From contig CAVTSC010000002.1 in assembly GCA_963737355.1 (NCBI GenBank), forward strand, positions 227,907-291,906: a stretch of DNA of 64,000 nucleotides, given 5' to 3'. Origin of the DNA: an uncultured Pseudomonadota bacterium (GTDB lineage: Bacteria > Pseudomonadota > Alphaproteobacteria > Acetobacterales > Acetobacteraceae). Shown in pieces: positions 63,044 to 64,000 of this stretch. Numbering within the stretch: position 1 is the stretch's first letter; the number at the start of each line of letters is the position of its first letter. The translations under genes and the position numbers were made by a program. The notes below the pieces were generated by a model. That model was given only the letters and a program-made list of their open reading frames with translations, had not been told where the DNA came from and did not search any database.

Positions 63044-64000
63044 ATGACAACTCCAATCGAGCGATTGTCGGGTCTTGTTATTGGTGTTGTCGAGTCGGTC
63101 GCGCCTGACGAAGTCCGGGTACTTCTTGAGTTGGACGCTCCGCACTCGACGGCATTAAATACTGGAGTGCCGGCGGGGTTTCCGCGCCTTAATGGATACG
63201 TGCTCATCCCCAATGAGGCTGGAGCGACGGTTGCCTATATTACCTGGATTGGAATCGAGCGTTCTCCTTATCCAAAGCGTGCTGGGCTCAAAGACTTTGG
63301 CCTGATCGATCTTCCGTTTCCGCTCCGAAAAATGTCGCTATCTCCGGTGGGAACCCTGACATCCCGGCGCGATCGCACTTCTGGAATAACCAAATACGAA
63401 CTCTCCCGTGGCGTCATCGTATTTCCATCAGTGGGAGATCAGGTTCTTGTCCCTACGGCGCCACAGATAGAAGCCATTGTCGGCGCGAGAGATGATGACA
63501 AGAGAGTCAGAATTGGCTCCTCTCCGATGGCATCAAACGCCTCCATCATGGTCGATCCCGACAAACTTTTTGGTCGGCATCTGGCGGTTTTGGGGAACAC
63601 CGGGAGCGGAAAGTCGTGTACTGTGGCAGGACTAATTCGATGGTCCATGGCGGCAGCCGAGAAGGCCATCCAGGACGCCGGTAAGGCCGGAGTGCCCAAT
63701 GCGCGGTTTATCGTCCTCGATCCAAATGGCGAATACGCAAGGGCTTTCGCTGATAGGGGAGACGAACTGCGGTTGTTTCGTGTTCCGCCCGTAGCGGAAG
63801 GAGAGCGGCCGCTCGACGTTCCTGCATGGCTTTGGAGCGGCCATGAATGGACCGCGGTCGCCCATGCCCAACCCGGGGCGCAACGTCCGCTGCTGATGCA
63901 GGGGCTTCGCGAATTGAAGGCCGGCCAGACGGATGGTGTCCCAAGAGAGGCGATGATCCGCCGCTACCTCGGCTCCTATTCAATCCGGATATCGGCGATG
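63044..64000 (+). CDS. herA: HerA/DUF87 ATPase (runs off the right edge)
   Basis: Manual translation MTTPIERLSGLVIGVVESVAPDEV...LFGRHLAVLGNTGSGKS...VLDPNGEY; starts 7 bp after the SIR2 gene. Not in the ORF track. Confidence 0.9.
   Translation, partial: MTTPIERLSGLVIGVVESVAPDEVRVLLELDAPHSTALNTGVPAGFPRLNGYVLIPNEAGATVAYITWIGIERSPYPKRAGLKDFGLIDLPFPLRKMSLSPVGTLTSRRDRTSGITKYELSRGVIVFPSVGDQVLVPTAPQIEAIVGARDDDKRVRIGSSPMASNASIMVDPDKLFGRHLAVLGNTGSGKSCTVAGLIRWSMAAAEKAIQDAGKAGVPNARFIVLDPNGEYARAFADRGDELRLFRVPPVAEGERPLDVPAWLWSGHEWTAVAHAQPGAQRPLLMQGLRELKAGQTDGVPREAMIRRYLGSYSIRISAM

Overview
GC-rich alphaproteobacterial accessory DNA (alpha-type LexA boxes GAAC-N7-GAAC), made almost entirely of stacked integrated elements around a tRNA-Thr(CGT) attachment site. 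The att core at 58310-58361 is only the 3' half of the tRNA. Left of it lies a composite integrative mobilizable element, mostly on the minus strand: tyrosine integrase, AlpA, a second frameshifted int-tail/alpA module, an excisionase-like HTH, a DinG/XPD-like helicase, a Prim-Pol, several small-gene/Xre-HTH loci with acr-aca-like architecture, a metallophosphoesterase, a candidate oriT and a MobF relaxase. A Lon-type AAA ATPase and the 5' end of a DISARM drmD-like gene lie at the left edge. Two cargo blocks (about 7.9-22.6 kb and 31.8-55.9 kb) carry LysR/SDR, transporters, a truncated KAP NTPase, SOS genes (SRAP, uvrD-like, topB, two broken imuABC cassettes, DUF763), LuxR and STAND regulators, a chloroperoxidase-like hydrolase, mdtNOP-like efflux, poxB and cydAB. 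Right of att is a decayed second element carrying a class 1 UG/Abi-type reverse transcriptase followed by Sir2-HerA. The best leads are the RT + Sir2-HerA cluster, the acr-aca-like loci and the Prim-Pol + DinG-like replicon with a putative counter-transcribed RNA. All family calls come from motif recognition by eye; no database searches were run.
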